Virus record (IMG/VR): IMGVR_UViG_3300020414_002797
Coordinates: 1 to 48,801 of that record
Reading direction: 5' to 3' (one strand)
Length of the DNA: 48,801 nt
DNA from: a virus
Lineage: Duplodnaviria > Caudoviricetes
Position numbers and translations under genes: made by a program. Shown piece after piece: positions 1 to 9,841 of the stretch. A model generated the notes under the pieces. That model worked only from the letters and a program-made list of their open reading frames with translations, did not search any database and had not been told where the DNA came from. The first letter of the stretch is position 1. Each line of letters starts with the position of its first letter.

Positions 1-391
1 TTTGCCTTTTTGCATCTTCTCTTTCATAATCAGCTTTTGTATATTTACCCGCAGCTGCTTTATCTGTTTCTTTATTAAGTCTTTTAAGCTGCTTTTTATT
101 TCTACCTGCACGATATCCAGGGTTTTCAGAAGCTTTTTTTCTTGTTCTCTTTTTACTTCTTTTCTTTTTTCTACCTTCGTCAACTTCACCTTTTAAAACT
201 TTTGTTGGAAGAAAATCAGCTTTGGTTGTATCTTCATTATCATCAAAACCATAATAAACACTTCTTGGACCAGGATCTTTCTTAAAATCAGGTTTCTTCT
301 CTTTTTTGTCTTTCTTTTTTTTACTTTTCTTTGCTTCATTTACAAACTCGGAGTAAAGACTATTTACAAATTTATCTGTATTGTTTCTCAT
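1..391 (-). CDS. Lys/Glu-rich hypothetical protein, 3' end outside window
   Basis: ATG at 391 (minus) gives MRNNTDKFVNSLYSEFVNEARKSKKKKDKK..., open to the window edge; not in ORF track. Confidence 0.75.
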   Translation of the reverse strand, partial: MRNNTDKFVNSLYSEFVNEAKKSKKKKDKKEKKPDFKKDPGPRSVYYGFDDNEDTTKADFLPTKVLKGEVDEGRKKKRSKKRTRKKASENPGYRAGRNKKQLKRLNKETDKAAAGKYTKADYEREDAKRQ

Positions 392-406
392 TTTAATTCC
401 ATCTTA

Positions 407-435
407 GAGTAATTGAATTTTAATTTTAATATAAT
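407..435 (+). promoter_or_regulatory. Phage early-type promoter
   Basis: GAGTAA-N17-TATAAT upstream of uvsE. Confidence 0.75.
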
Positions 436-468
436 ATTAACATATAACCATTTACATAAGGAGATTAT

Positions 469-1398
469 ATGAATTTAGGCTATGCTTGTATAAATATGGA
501 GTTGTCTGGCAAAAAAAATAAAATATCTTGTAACAGGGGCATGATAAAACGAACATTTCTGACCAAGGGTATTAATTATGCGTCACAGTTGGCGCTGCTT
601 AATTCTGCAGACTTAATTAAAATCATTGAATGGAACAATACAAACAATGTAAAGTGCTTTAGAATTACTTCTTGTATGTTCCCCTGGTCAAGTGAATACG
701 AGCTCGTCAACTTGCCTGATTATGAAGAAATATGTAAAAACTTAAAACTGGCTGGCAAAATTGCAAGAGATGCTGGACAAAGACTTTCATTTCATCCGGG
801 TCCTTTTAATATTCTTACTTCACCAAAAGAGCACGTTGTTAAAAATACATTTAAAGACTTGCGAACTCACGGTGAGATATTTGACATTATGGAAATGCCA
901 AGAAGCAGATGGGCAAAAATAAATATTCATATTGGTGCTTCTTATGGCGACAGAAAATCTGCAATGGAAAGGTGGCTTAAAAATTACGACCTTTTACCAG
1001 AATCTGTTAAAACAAGGCTAACTGTGGAAAATGATGATAAAGAAAGCTTGTTTACAACCGAGCATTTATATAATGGAATTTGCAAGCATTCTAATGTTCC
1101 TATTGTTTTTGATTATCATCATCACCGTTGTCACAATGAAGGCATGCCTGAAAAAGAAGCACTGGAAATGGCAGAATCAACTTGGGGTAATGTTAGACCT
1201 ACTCTCCACTATTCAGAAAGTGCTCAAAGAGAAAAAGGTGATTCTGTTGTATTTCGTGCCCATAGCGACTATATTTATGATATGATAAACCCATACGGAA
1301 AAGATCTAGATATCATCGTTGAAGCTAAAGCTAAAGAAAAAGCAGTTTTTAAATATTGGAGCACTTATGGTAGAAAAAATGAACTGGTTAACACCTGA
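469..1398 (+). CDS. uvsE: UV DNA damage endonuclease (UvsE/UVDE)
   Basis: LGYACIN start, HPGPF, INIHIG, LTVENDD, FDYHHH, HYSES, HSDY, EAKAKE motifs; AAGGAG RBS. Confidence 0.93.
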   Translation: MNLGYACINMELSGKKNKISCNRGMIKRTFLTKGINYASQLALLNSADLIKIIEWNNTNNVKCFRITSCMFPWSSEYELVNLPDYEEICKNLKLAGKIARDAGQRLSFHPGPFNILTSPKEHVVKNTFKDLRTHGEIFDIMEMPRSRWAKINIHIGASYGDRKSAMERWLKNYDLLPESVKTRLTVENDDKESLFTTEHLYNGICKHSNVPIVFDYHHHRCHNEGMPEKEALEMAESTWGNVRPTLHYSESAQREKGDSVVFRAHSDYIYDMINPYGKDLDIIVEAKAKEKAVFKYWSTYGRKNELVNT

Positions 1399-1831
1399 AG
1401 GTTTGGAAGTAGAAATAATTAAAGAAATTAAAAAATACGTCAAGCTAGGTGTACCAATATCTATTGGAACAGATTCAATGCTAAAAGGTGATAAAGTTAC
1501 TTTTGCATCTGCTATAGGTTTTCATTCATTTGAAAAGAAAGTAGGAAATTACTTTTTTTCAAAAAAGAAACAAGATAGCAGACATTTTTTAAACCTATAT
1601 ACGAGACTAGGCAAAGAGATTATGACATCCATTGAAATAGCAAAATATATTAAGGCTACATTTCCTAATGCTAAAATCGAAGTACATGTAGATATATCTG
1701 ATGATCCTAAAAATTCATCGAGCATAATATCAGACTATGCAAAAGCATGGAACGGATACCAGGAATTTAGACTTGTAGTAAAACCTAACGCATGGGCAGC
1801 ATCGGGTTGTGCTGACTGGCATACAAAATAA
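1367..1831 (+). CDS. RNase H-like YkuK family protein
   Basis: IGTDS, IEVHVDI, VKPNAWAASGCAD motifs; start moved to ATG 1367 after GGAG. Confidence 0.75.
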   Translation: MVEKMNWLTPEGLEVEIIKEIKKYVKLGVPISIGTDSMLKGDKVTFASAIGFHSFEKKVGNYFFSKKKQDSRHFLNLYTRLGKEIMTSIEIAKYIKATFPNAKIEVHVDISDDPKNSSSIISDYAKAWNGYQEFRLVVKPNAWAASGCADWHTK

Positions 1832-1842
1832 GGAGAACCTAA

Positions 1843-2388
1843 ATGAAAAACTTTGAAAAATTTATAACTGAATCTTTTAATAACCACTTAAAAGTTGCAA
1901 GAAAAATAAACGAACAAAAAGAAAAGAAAAAAGAGCTTTATAGAAAATTTTTATTTCTAGACTTCGACAATACATTGTTTGATAATGAAACTCAATCAAT
2001 CATTGAATCGAAACCTTACGAAACCTTAGTTGAGTGTCTTGGAAGCCCTGAACCTTGTTATATTTGTATTGTAACAGCACGAAGAAGTGATACAAAAGAA
2101 TTTGTTAAAGAAAAAGTAACAAGTTCAGTTGAAGATTTATTAGAAGATTTTAGAGGTACATTTGAAATTGAAACTGTATTAGACAAGTCACCTGAATCTA
2201 AGCCTAGCATATATGAAACAGCAATGCTTAAAGCAGATTGTATTAATAATATTATTAACGAAAACGTAGAAGATTTACAAGAAAATATTTTAGTTTATTT
2301 CTTTGATGACATTGAAGAAAATGTAGAAATGGTTGAAAGGTCACTTGATTATTTAAACATCAAAACTGACAATTGCCACTTAGTGTAA
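1843..2388 (+). CDS. HAD-fold protein with T4 internal-protein-like leader (MKNFEKFITE)
   Basis: FLDFDNTL, IVTAR, FFDD motifs. Confidence 0.7.
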   Translation: MKNFEKFITESFNNHLKVARKINEQKEKKKELYRKFLFLDFDNTLFDNETQSIIESKPYETLVECLGSPEPCYICIVTARRSDTKEFVKEKVTSSVEDLLEDFRGTFEIETVLDKSPESKPSIYETAMLKADCINNIINENVEDLQENILVYFFDDIEENVEMVERSLDYLNIKTDNCHLV

Positions 2389-2411
2389 ATGTTAAAAATT
2401 ATTTTTATAAT
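2383..2411 (+). promoter_or_regulatory. Phage early-type promoter
   Basis: GTGTAA-N17-TATAAT. Confidence 0.7.
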
Positions 2412-2437
2412 AATATTATGAACCAAAGGAGTTTAAA

Positions 2438-2755
2438 ATGAAAATACCTAAAAAAGCAAAACGTCAGATTAAAAAATCAATGGTTAAGCAAGGAATAAAC
2501 ACGGGTATGAAATCAAAAGGAAGGGCTCCGGTTAAAAGTCAAATTGACAAAGGATCGATTCCTAGAAAAAAAGTTGTTTATTCTTTTAACGAAGGTGATC
2601 TTGTTACAACAAATCCAAAAGACCATGAATTTAAAGATACATCTTCAATATGCCTTGTTCTTGACTACAACGAAGGCGACTATTTAACTGTCTGGAGACC
2701 AACGGGTGCTTTTAATGCTCGTGCATCTTCAGTCAGAATAATTCAAAGAGTTTAA
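2438..2755 (+). CDS. Basic hypothetical protein with C-terminal SH3-like barrel
   Basis: AAGGAG RBS; FNEGDLV motif. Confidence 0.6.
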   Translation: MKIPKKAKRQIKKSMVKQGINTGMKSKGRAPVKSQIDKGSIPRKKVVYSFNEGDLVTTNPKDHEFKDTSSICLVLDYNEGDYLTVWRPTGAFNARASSVRIIQRV

Positions 2756-2770
2756 ATAAAATCTCACATA

Positions 2771-2799
2771 GAGTAATAGAATTAATTTTTTGATATAAT
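2771..2799 (+). promoter_or_regulatory. Phage early-type promoter
   Basis: GAGTAA-N17-TATAAT. Confidence 0.8.
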
Positions 2800-2836
2800 T
2801 TAATTACCAAATAAAACAATTATTAAAGGAGTTATA

Positions 2837-3892
2837 ATGGACATCAAAACATTCATTAACTGTGCATCAAATATGCCACCCCAAATTGCAATCCTAGCCA
2901 AAGGCGGTACAGGGGTTGGAAAAAGCCAAATCTTTAAACAAATCGCAGATAACTATGGACTAGAACTAGTTGATCGTCGTCTTGCACAAATGACAGAAGG
3001 TGACATTATTGGACTACCCCAAGTATCTGATGGTGTTACAAGGTTTCTTCCCGTTGACTGGCTTCTTAAGGCTTGTGAAGAACCGGTCGCATTATTTCTT
3101 GATGAAATCAATCGTGCTACTGTGGAGGTTCAACAATGCGCTTTTCAACTTGTTCTTGATAGAGAACTTAATGGTAATAAGCTCCATCCTGAAACTAGGA
3201 TATTTGCAGCAATTAACGAAGGTTCTAGCTACCAGGTTAATCAAATGGGACCAGCACTTAAGCGTCGTTTTTGGATTCAAGAAATTGTTCCAACAACAGA
3301 AGATTGGTTAACATGGGCAAAAGGCGCAAATATTGATCGCGTTATTATTGAGTTTATTAGAAACAACCCGAGCCATCTTAACTACGACGGTGAATTCGAA
3401 CCATCAAAAGTTTATCCTAATCCCGCATCTTGGGAAAGACTTCATGATACTCTTGCTTATGCAAATCTTAGACCATCTGAACTTGTAAACTTTCCTGAGG
3501 GTACTAAACCAGAAGGCACCTATTCAATTGCAACGGGCTTTGTTGGCATTGAAGCTGCAGCAGCATTTGACAAATATATTGAAAGCTATGAAAATGTTTT
3601 ACATGCAGAAGATATTCTCGATCGATATAATGAAAACAAATCTATTTTATCTAATATTACAAGTGATATTCAAAACGATTTGGTTGAAAAACTTATTGAC
3701 AATGCATCTAAAAACACTTGGACATTGACACAATCAAATAATGCTACTGCGTTTATTATGTCAATATCTAGAGAATTATTGGTTCATTTTTACAATAAAA
3801 TTATTGCACAAGGAAACTTGGACAATTCTAAGAAAATTCACAAAAAGCTTGCAACAGTAATGATTAAAACTATTAAATCTTCAAACCAATAA
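2837..3892 (+). CDS. MoxR-like AAA+ ATPase
   Basis: Walker A GGTGVGKS, Walker B LFLDEINR, ALKRRF Arg finger, PNPASWE. Confidence 0.88.
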   Translation: MDIKTFINCASNMPPQIAILAKGGTGVGKSQIFKQIADNYGLELVDRRLAQMTEGDIIGLPQVSDGVTRFLPVDWLLKACEEPVALFLDEINRATVEVQQCAFQLVLDRELNGNKLHPETRIFAAINEGSSYQVNQMGPALKRRFWIQEIVPTTEDWLTWAKGANIDRVIIEFIRNNPSHLNYDGEFEPSKVYPNPASWERLHDTLAYANLRPSELVNFPEGTKPEGTYSIATGFVGIEAAAAFDKYIESYENVLHAEDILDRYNENKSILSNITSDIQNDLVEKLIDNASKNTWTLTQSNNATAFIMSISRELLVHFYNKIIAQGNLDNSKKIHKKLATVMIKTIKSSNQ

Positions 3893-3900
3893 GAGGCATC

Positions 3901-5166
3901 ATGAGAGACGAATTACTTGAAAAGTCACTGGTTCACTTGCTAAGAAAAGAGCCTTTCTTTAGTTCTTTTTACAGAGCATTTAGAAAACAACCTAACGATG
4001 ATATTCCAACTGCAGGTGTTAGTGTTGCAAATGGAAACATTATGTTTTATTACAACAGAGAATTCTTTAAAAGCTTAACACCCGAAGAAAGAATTGGATT
4101 ATTAAAACACGAAGCATATCATATTATATTTGAGCATTGTACTGAAAGAAAAAGAGATCCGCATCTTATTTGGAATTATGCAACTGATTTAGCAATTAAC
4201 TCTTTGATTCCTGAGCATGAACTACCTGAAGGTGGCTTAATTCCTGGCATGCCAATTCCTGAATCAATTTCTAGTTTACCTGATCCTAATATGCAAAAAG
4301 CTTCTGAAAAGATATATGAACTAATTAAATCCTTTCCAAAAGAAGAAAGCTCAGAATGGTACTTTGAAAAACTCATGGATCTTCAAGAAGAATTTGAGGA
4401 CATGCAAAAAGGCATGGAAGAAATGGATGGTGAATTTGGATCTGGGTCTGGATGTGGGTTGCCTGGCCCGCTTGACGATCATGATGGCTGGGGTGAAGGT
4501 TTATCAGATGAGCAAAAAGAAAAAATTAAAAATGCTGTTAAAGAATCTCTTGCAAGATCAGTTAGAGAGGCTGATTCTTCTTCAAGGGGCTGGGGTTCTA
4601 TTAGCGGATCTACACAAAAAGAGCTTAGAAAGATTATTGCAAAAACTGTTAACTGGAAAGAAATCTTAAACTATTTTGTAGGAACTACACAACGAGGCGA
4701 GAAGCGAAGAACACATAGAAGAATTAATAGAAAATATCCGTATATTCACCCAGGAACAAGACGATCATATAAAAGTACAATCGCAATCTATATAGACCAG
4801 TCAGGATCAGTAGGCGATAATGAAATTGAACTATTCTTTGCTGCACTAAGTGAATTAACAAAGGAAACAGAATTTGTTGTTTTCCATTTTGATACAACAG
4901 TTGATGAAAAATCTAGAACTAGATGGAAGAAAAATCAAAAATATGAGGCACATAGAACCCGCTGTGGCGGAACATGTTTCCAGTCTGTTGCAAATCACTT
5001 TGAAACAGTCAAAGGTGAATTTGACGGATATATTATTATGACTGACGGGTATGCACCTCGGCCTACCAAGGCTATTAAAAAGCGTTGCTGGATTATATGT
5101 CCACACGGAGAGATTCCCTCATGGGTATCAAGAGAAGATACATCAATCAAGATGTCATTCAACTAA
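3901..5166 (+). CDS. DUF2201-type metallopeptidase + VWA-like domain protein (MoxR partner)
   Basis: HEAYH, WNYATDLAIN, IDQSGS MIDAS, GGTCF, MTDGY. Confidence 0.88.
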   Translation: MRDELLEKSLVHLLRKEPFFSSFYRAFRKQPNDDIPTAGVSVANGNIMFYYNREFFKSLTPEERIGLLKHEAYHIIFEHCTERKRDPHLIWNYATDLAINSLIPEHELPEGGLIPGMPIPESISSLPDPNMQKASEKIYELIKSFPKEESSEWYFEKLMDLQEEFEDMQKGMEEMDGEFGSGSGCGLPGPLDDHDGWGEGLSDEQKEKIKNAVKESLARSVREADSSSRGWGSISGSTQKELRKIIAKTVNWKEILNYFVGTTQRGEKRRTHRRINRKYPYIHPGTRRSYKSTIAIYIDQSGSVGDNEIELFFAALSELTKETEFVVFHFDTTVDEKSRTRWKKNQKYEAHRTRCGGTCFQSVANHFETVKGEFDGYIIMTDGYAPRPTKAIKKRCWIICPHGEIPSWVSREDTSIKMSFN

Positions 5167-5167
5167 T

Positions 5168-5196
5168 GTGTAATTGAATAAAAATTATATTATAAT
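5168..5196 (+). promoter_or_regulatory. Phage early-type promoter
   Basis: GTGTAA-N17-TATAAT. Confidence 0.8.
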
Positions 5197-5230
5197 ATAA
5201 ATAAAAACAAACAATAAAAAAGGAAAGATA

Positions 5231-5977
5231 ATGAAACTAAATATTAAAACAAACACAGAAAAAGAAGTAATTGATATCTTTGATATTGATGTTCCTGTTA
5301 AGCTAAAAAATAAAATATCGACAGGTCTTGATTATTTTGATACTGCTATTGGAGGCAAGGGTTTTACACCTTCTATGGTGACATTATTTACTGGAACTCC
5401 TGGTGCAGGTAAAACAACAATGATGCTAGAGCTTGCTAATAGTATGACAGGAAATGGATGTAATGTTCTTTTTAATACAGCTGAAGAATCTTTATATCAA
5501 TTAAAAATGACTGTTGAAAGACTTAAGCTTCGACATGGTTTTAAAGCAGGACAGGAAACAGACGTTAACAAGCTTTTAAATAACTCTAAGGCCATGATGG
5601 AAGAAGAACCTAAAAAGCCGTTCTTTCTTATTATTGATAGCTTGCAATGTCTAACTGAAGGTAAAGGTCCTGGAAATCACTCGTCAGCTTCAACACAAAG
5701 ATGTTTGCAAAAAATTACAGACTTTTGCAAAGAAAACTATTGTAATGCAATTGTTATTGGTCAGGTAACAAAAAATGGAAACATGGCAGGTAGAAACGTT
5801 TTAAAGCACATGGTTGATTCTATGATTTCATTATCTGTTGAAGAAAAAGATGAAGATCTTATGGGCTGTAGAATTCTTAGAGTTAATAAAAATAGATTTG
5901 GTGGTGCAGGTCATATTATGATTTTAACATTAAAGCAAAATGGTTTCTCAGAAATTAGTAGAATTTCTTTCGGCTAG
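5231..5977 (+). CDS. radA: RadA/Sms-like ATPase core (no Zn finger or Lon domain)
   Basis: GTPGAGKTT, AEES, IDSLQ, LKHMVD and KNRFG motif. Confidence 0.85.
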   Translation: MKLNIKTNTEKEVIDIFDIDVPVKLKNKISTGLDYFDTAIGGKGFTPSMVTLFTGTPGAGKTTMMLELANSMTGNGCNVLFNTAEESLYQLKMTVERLKLRHGFKAGQETDVNKLLNNSKAMMEEEPKKPFFLIIDSLQCLTEGKGPGNHSSASTQRCLQKITDFCKENYCNAIVIGQVTKNGNMAGRNVLKHMVDSMISLSVEEKDEDLMGCRILRVNKNRFGGAGHIMILTLKQNGFSEISRISFG

Positions 5978-5985
5978 GAGGTTAA

Positions 5986-6798
5986 ATGAAAGCACTTGTA
6001 CTTGACGCATATAATCTTATATACAGAGCAAAAAGTGGTTTCACGAAAGGGGACAATGCAGTGGTTTTTATGTTTTTTAGATCGCTGCGAGCCCTGATCG
6101 AGAAGTTCCAACCTGATGAATGTTATTTTATTTTAGAAGGCATGCCTCAGAAGAATATTGAAGTATTAGGAGAATATAAAGCAAACAGACCTAGACAGTC
6201 AGACGACTTTCACAGACAAAAAAAGAAGATAATATCGATGATTAAAGAAAATTTTCCAATAACAGTCGTTAGACACCCTCATTATGAATGTGATGATATT
6301 GCAGGCAATATTGCAAAAATGGTTGCAAATAAAAACGGAGAAGCAATAGTAGTTTCTTCTGATACAGACTTCATACAAATACTTCAGTGGGAAACAAAAG
6401 GAAGAATTAGGTTATATAATCCTGTTAAAAAGAAATTTATTGAACCACCTGACTATGATTACATTAGGTGGAAATCTATGCGAGGAGATAAAACTGATAA
6501 TATTCTTGGCATACCTAAGTTTGGAGACAAGACAGCAGAAAAATATGCAAGATCTGAAGATTTATTTAAACAACTTATGGAAAATCCAGAAAAATCAAAA
6601 ATAGTAAAAAGAAACAAAGAGCTAATAGAGTTTGCTAATGATCACTGTATTTATGACGAGCATATAGAAATTAGTGAAACTAGTGATTTTAATAAGGATA
6701 CTGTTTATAATGAATTTAAAAATATGGAATTTTCTTCAATGATAAAGGAGAAATACTTTAATAATTTTTCGTGTACATTTGAAAAATTATGTTTATGA
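5986..6798 (+). CDS. 5'-3' exonuclease / flap endonuclease (T4 RNase H-like)
   Basis: LDAYNLIYR, YKANR, ECDDI, SSDTDF, GDKTDNILGIPKFGDKTA. Confidence 0.9.
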   Translation: MKALVLDAYNLIYRAKSGFTKGDNAVVFMFFRSLRALIEKFQPDECYFILEGMPQKNIEVLGEYKANRPRQSDDFHRQKKKIISMIKENFPITVVRHPHYECDDIAGNIAKMVANKNGEAIVVSSDTDFIQILQWETKGRIRLYNPVKKKFIEPPDYDYIRWKSMRGDKTDNILGIPKFGDKTAEKYARSEDLFKQLMENPEKSKIVKRNKELIEFANDHCIYDEHIEISETSDFNKDTVYNEFKNMEFSSMIKEKYFNNFSCTFEKLCL

Positions 6799-6799
6799 T
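6771..6799 (+). promoter_or_regulatory. Variant early-type promoter
   Basis: GTGTAC-N17-TATGAT. Confidence 0.5.
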
Positions 6800-6824
6800 A
6801 TTATAATAACAACAGGAGTTAAAA

Positions 6825-7034
6825 ATGTTGAAAAGAGGTGACGTTGTTACAACACAAACAAACATTGGCTTAAAAGGTGTTATTTTAGAAATGAAATACA
6901 TTCCCGTTAAAGCAGGCTCTAGCAATGGAACATTTTCCAAGATGCCACATGCTGTCATTCATTTTGATGACGGAACAATTAAAACAATTATGGTTACAAA
7001 TCTAATTAATCAATTTGAAAGGAGAAATATTTAA
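6825..7034 (+). CDS. Small SH3-like hypothetical protein
   Basis: AGGAG RBS; LKRGDVV...GVILE pattern. Confidence 0.65.
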   Translation: MLKRGDVVTTQTNIGLKGVILEMKYIPVKAGSSNGTFSKMPHAVIHFDDGTIKTIMVTNLINQFERRNI

Positions 7035-7447
7035 TGACAAGAAAAAATTATTCAAATTCTTATTTTCCTTTTGATGACATGTTTTTTACAAGCATGTTCG
7101 ATCAAGGGACACAAAATGGTAAAATGAGATATCAAAGCGGATGTACAAACGTATATAGCGATGATACGTATTATACAGTTCAGGTTCTTGCACCAGGTTA
7201 TTCTAAATCTGATTTTGATATTAGCGTAGAAGATAATACCTTTACAGTAAAAGCTGACGGACCGGAATATAAGGAGGTAGGAAAAACCCAGTATCAAGAA
7301 TTTAATTTAACAGGTTTTACACGTTCTTTTAATTTACCTAAAGGAATTAACAAAAGTGCTGTAAATGCAACATATGATAACGGTGTTTTAAGTGTATATT
7401 TGCCATATAACACTGAATCAAAAACTAAAAAGATTACAATCTCATGA
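7034..7447 (+). CDS. Small heat shock protein Hsp20
   Basis: APGYSKSDFDISV, FTRSFNLP, ATYDNGVLSVYLP alpha-crystallin motifs. Confidence 0.9.
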   Translation: MTRKNYSNSYFPFDDMFFTSMFDQGTQNGKMRYQSGCTNVYSDDTYYTVQVLAPGYSKSDFDISVEDNTFTVKADGPEYKEVGKTQYQEFNLTGFTRSFNLPKGINKSAVNATYDNGVLSVYLPYNTESKTKKITIS

Positions 7448-7725
7448 TCTCGCACCAAGTATCAGGGAGCAATTCTTTTTCGCGAAGCTCAATAAGAAGA
7501 CTAAAGCAATTCTCCCTGGAACTTGATTTATATTTGGCGCTAAAGAATTTACGGGTTTTAAACTTTAATAAAAGCAAAAAAGTATTAATTGATTTAAATT
7601 CTTTAACACCAATTGAAATAAAAAACGAAACGCAGTGTATTGTTAATTACATCGATAGTGACTATTCATATATAACTGTTGGTTCGTTTTCATTCTTAGT
7701 AAAGAACTCAGACATAAAAGCTTAA
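7444..7725 (+). CDS. Hypothetical protein (start uncertain)
   Basis: ORF overlapping hsp20 stop; 5' part may be RNA stem rather than coding. Confidence 0.35.
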   Translation: MISHQVSGSNSFSRSSIRRLKQFSLELDLYLALKNLRVLNFNKSKKVLIDLNSLTPIEIKNETQCIVNYIDSDYSYITVGSFSFLVKNSDIKA

Positions 7726-7806
7726 ATAAGCTTCTATGTCTTTGATCTTTCCGGAAAGAATTGATTATTGACTATACATATTAATATAGACCTAAAGAGG
7801 TGTCTA

Positions 7807-8313
7807 ATGTATAGCTTTAAAAAATACTTTGCTTTATTATCTATTTTTTTTATTTCATTCTCATTTTCATTTTTAGCAAAAAATCAAACTAGCTATTTGA
7901 CTGGCAAAGAAGATTCTTGGAAAAACCCACCAATAATTGTAAACTGCTATTATTCTTTGTTTGAAAACAAAAGAATAAAAGAGGCAGCTGAATATTGGGA
8001 TGAAAAAGGATTTGAAATAGCCTTTTATGAATCAAAGCCAATTAAGTCAATTTGTAAAAATGAAAAAGTAGAAGGAATAATACTTATTAAAATAGCAAGA
8101 TATGACGAGCTAGAAAAAAACACTCTGGCATTTACAAGAAGATATTCTAGTTATGGTAATATAAATTCTGCAACAATTTATATTGAATACGGAGTTTTTT
8201 CATATCCTAATTTGCTTGAGCATGAATTAGGACATGCACTTGGCTTAAAGCATGTTGAAAAAGAAGGTCACATAATGCACCCAATATACGATCGCATGGG
8301 AAGAGAATATTAG
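7807..8313 (+). CDS. Secreted matrixin (M10-like) zinc metalloprotease
   Basis: HELGHALGLKH + HIMHP Met-turn; N-terminal hydrophobic segment; GAGG RBS before ATG 7807. Confidence 0.85.
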   Translation: MYSFKKYFALLSIFFISFSFSFLAKNQTSYLTGKEDSWKNPPIIVNCYYSLFENKRIKEAAEYWDEKGFEIAFYESKPIKSICKNEKVEGIILIKIARYDELEKNTLAFTRRYSSYGNINSATIYIEYGVFSYPNLLEHELGHALGLKHVEKEGHIMHPIYDRMGREY

Positions 8314-8351
8314 TTATTTGAAAAATTAGTTTTAAATTGCTATATTAAAAT

Positions 8352-8549
8352 ATGCAAATAATAAAACGCGGTGACCTTGTATATTCTTTTGCTTCTAAAG
8401 AGTTTTATATTATTTTAAAAGTACATGGAAGCATGGCTTTTAGTGTATATTCAATGAATGGCCAAATACTTGAAACAATTGATGTTACTCTAACACACAT
8501 TAATACATTAGAGAATGACTATAAAAACAAGTACTGTTTCACTCAATGA
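8352..8549 (+). CDS. Small SH3-like hypothetical protein
   Basis: IKRGDLV motif. Confidence 0.55.
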   Translation: MQIIKRGDLVYSFASKEFYIILKVHGSMAFSVYSMNGQILETIDVTLTHINTLENDYKNKYCFTQ

Positions 8550-8576
8550 GTAATAGATTTAATTATTTTATATAAT
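8548..8576 (+). promoter_or_regulatory. Phage early-type promoter
   Basis: GAGTAA-N17-TATAAT. Confidence 0.8.
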
Positions 8577-8604
8577 AAAACAAAAAAACAATAAGGAGAT
8601 TTTT

Positions 8605-9405
8605 ATGTATCTTACACGAAAAATGATTATTAACACAATATTAAAAATCAATGAATTTAAAACAAGACTCGAAGATTTGTATAGTGACTTTGATATTGAT
8701 GTTAATGAAAACACAGGACGAAGAAACGCTTTGTTGTCAGCAATACAAGAAAAAGTATTATCAGATGAATTATCAATCGTTTACAGCAATGTAGAAAATG
8801 ACGGTGCTCCAGGGAAGCCTGACATTGTTATTGGTGAAATAGACACAGAGCTTGAATGTAAGCTTACAAGCGGATCAGGTTCGACATCAAGATCATATTC
8901 TTTGCAAACAGATTACGCTACAATCCAAAATAAAGAGACACTAGACTATCTTTATATTGTAACAAACAAAGATATGACAGCCTACTCAGCATTATATTTT
9001 CAAGGATTAACTGCTGATGACTTTTGCGACCCACCAGAAACAGCAAGAGGTAAAGCTAGAATGAGTAAAAAAGTTGCATTTAAAAAGGCAACACCTCTTG
9101 TTGGTGGTTTTACTAATCTAAATCAAGAATATATTGATACATATAAACAAAGACTAGAAGAGGCAAGACAAAGTAATGAAACAAAAATTACTGAATACTG
9201 CTACGACTTTCTTTCTTATATTAACAATTGCAAGGTTGAAAGATTCATTACAAATGTAAACAAAGCAAATGATTCCTATAATACAAAAGCACAAAGACTT
9301 AATGAAAAAATTGCTTTATGGAAAAGCAAAGACGATTCTTATTCAATTAACTTTGAATCAATAAAAGAAATTGAAAAAGAAAAAGGAGAAGAAAATGGAA
9401 ATTAA
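8605..9405 (+). CDS. PD-(D/E)xK nuclease-like protein with C-terminal coiled coil
   Basis: KPDIVI...ELECK motif; AAGGAG RBS. Confidence 0.6.
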   Translation: MYLTRKMIINTILKINEFKTRLEDLYSDFDIDVNENTGRRNALLSAIQEKVLSDELSIVYSNVENDGAPGKPDIVIGEIDTELECKLTSGSGSTSRSYSLQTDYATIQNKETLDYLYIVTNKDMTAYSALYFQGLTADDFCDPPETARGKARMSKKVAFKKATPLVGGFTNLNQEYIDTYKQRLEEARQSNETKITEYCYDFLSYINNCKVERFITNVNKANDSYNTKAQRLNEKIALWKSKDDSYSINFESIKEIEKEKGEENGN

Positions 9406-9817
9406 AGAATTTTATATGGAGTCTGAATTTATTTTAGGTGGAGACTCCTATTGCAGAAAGTGTATTTTTCAAATACCAGGAATTGATCCCTATAAGATAA
9501 AAACAACTGTTACTTATGTATCTTCAGAGGAGGCTTCTCTTGTAGACGGATATGCCGAAAGATATTTGAATGGACAATGGCATCACTTAACAGATGTTCT
9601 TCCTAAGGAGGCCACACTTAATAATTTAAAGTTTGTTCAAAAAGAATTAATAAAATCTTCTATTGCAATTCTTGATTTAGCAGATGGAACTGTGGCTGAT
9701 TTTAACAAAATAGATTTTGATAAATACGAAATGTTTAAATGGGATGACTTAGAGAGCAAAGTTGCAAGCGAAGAAGAAAATGTATTAACTTTAGAATTTA
9801 ATCCAAATAAAATATAA
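9395..9817 (+). CDS. Hypothetical protein
   Basis: AAGGAG RBS before ATG 9395. Confidence 0.7.
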   Translation: MEIKEFYMESEFILGGDSYCRKCIFQIPGIDPYKIKTTVTYVSSEEASLVDGYAERYLNGQWHHLTDVLPKEATLNNLKFVQKELIKSSIAILDLADGTVADFNKIDFDKYEMFKWDDLESKVASEEENVLTLEFNPNKI

Positions 9818-9841
9818 TTATACATTATCGAGGAATAAACT

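Noticed and set aside
2-196. Plus-strand Phe-rich ORF
   Set aside because: Shadow of the Lys-rich minus-strand gene starting at 391
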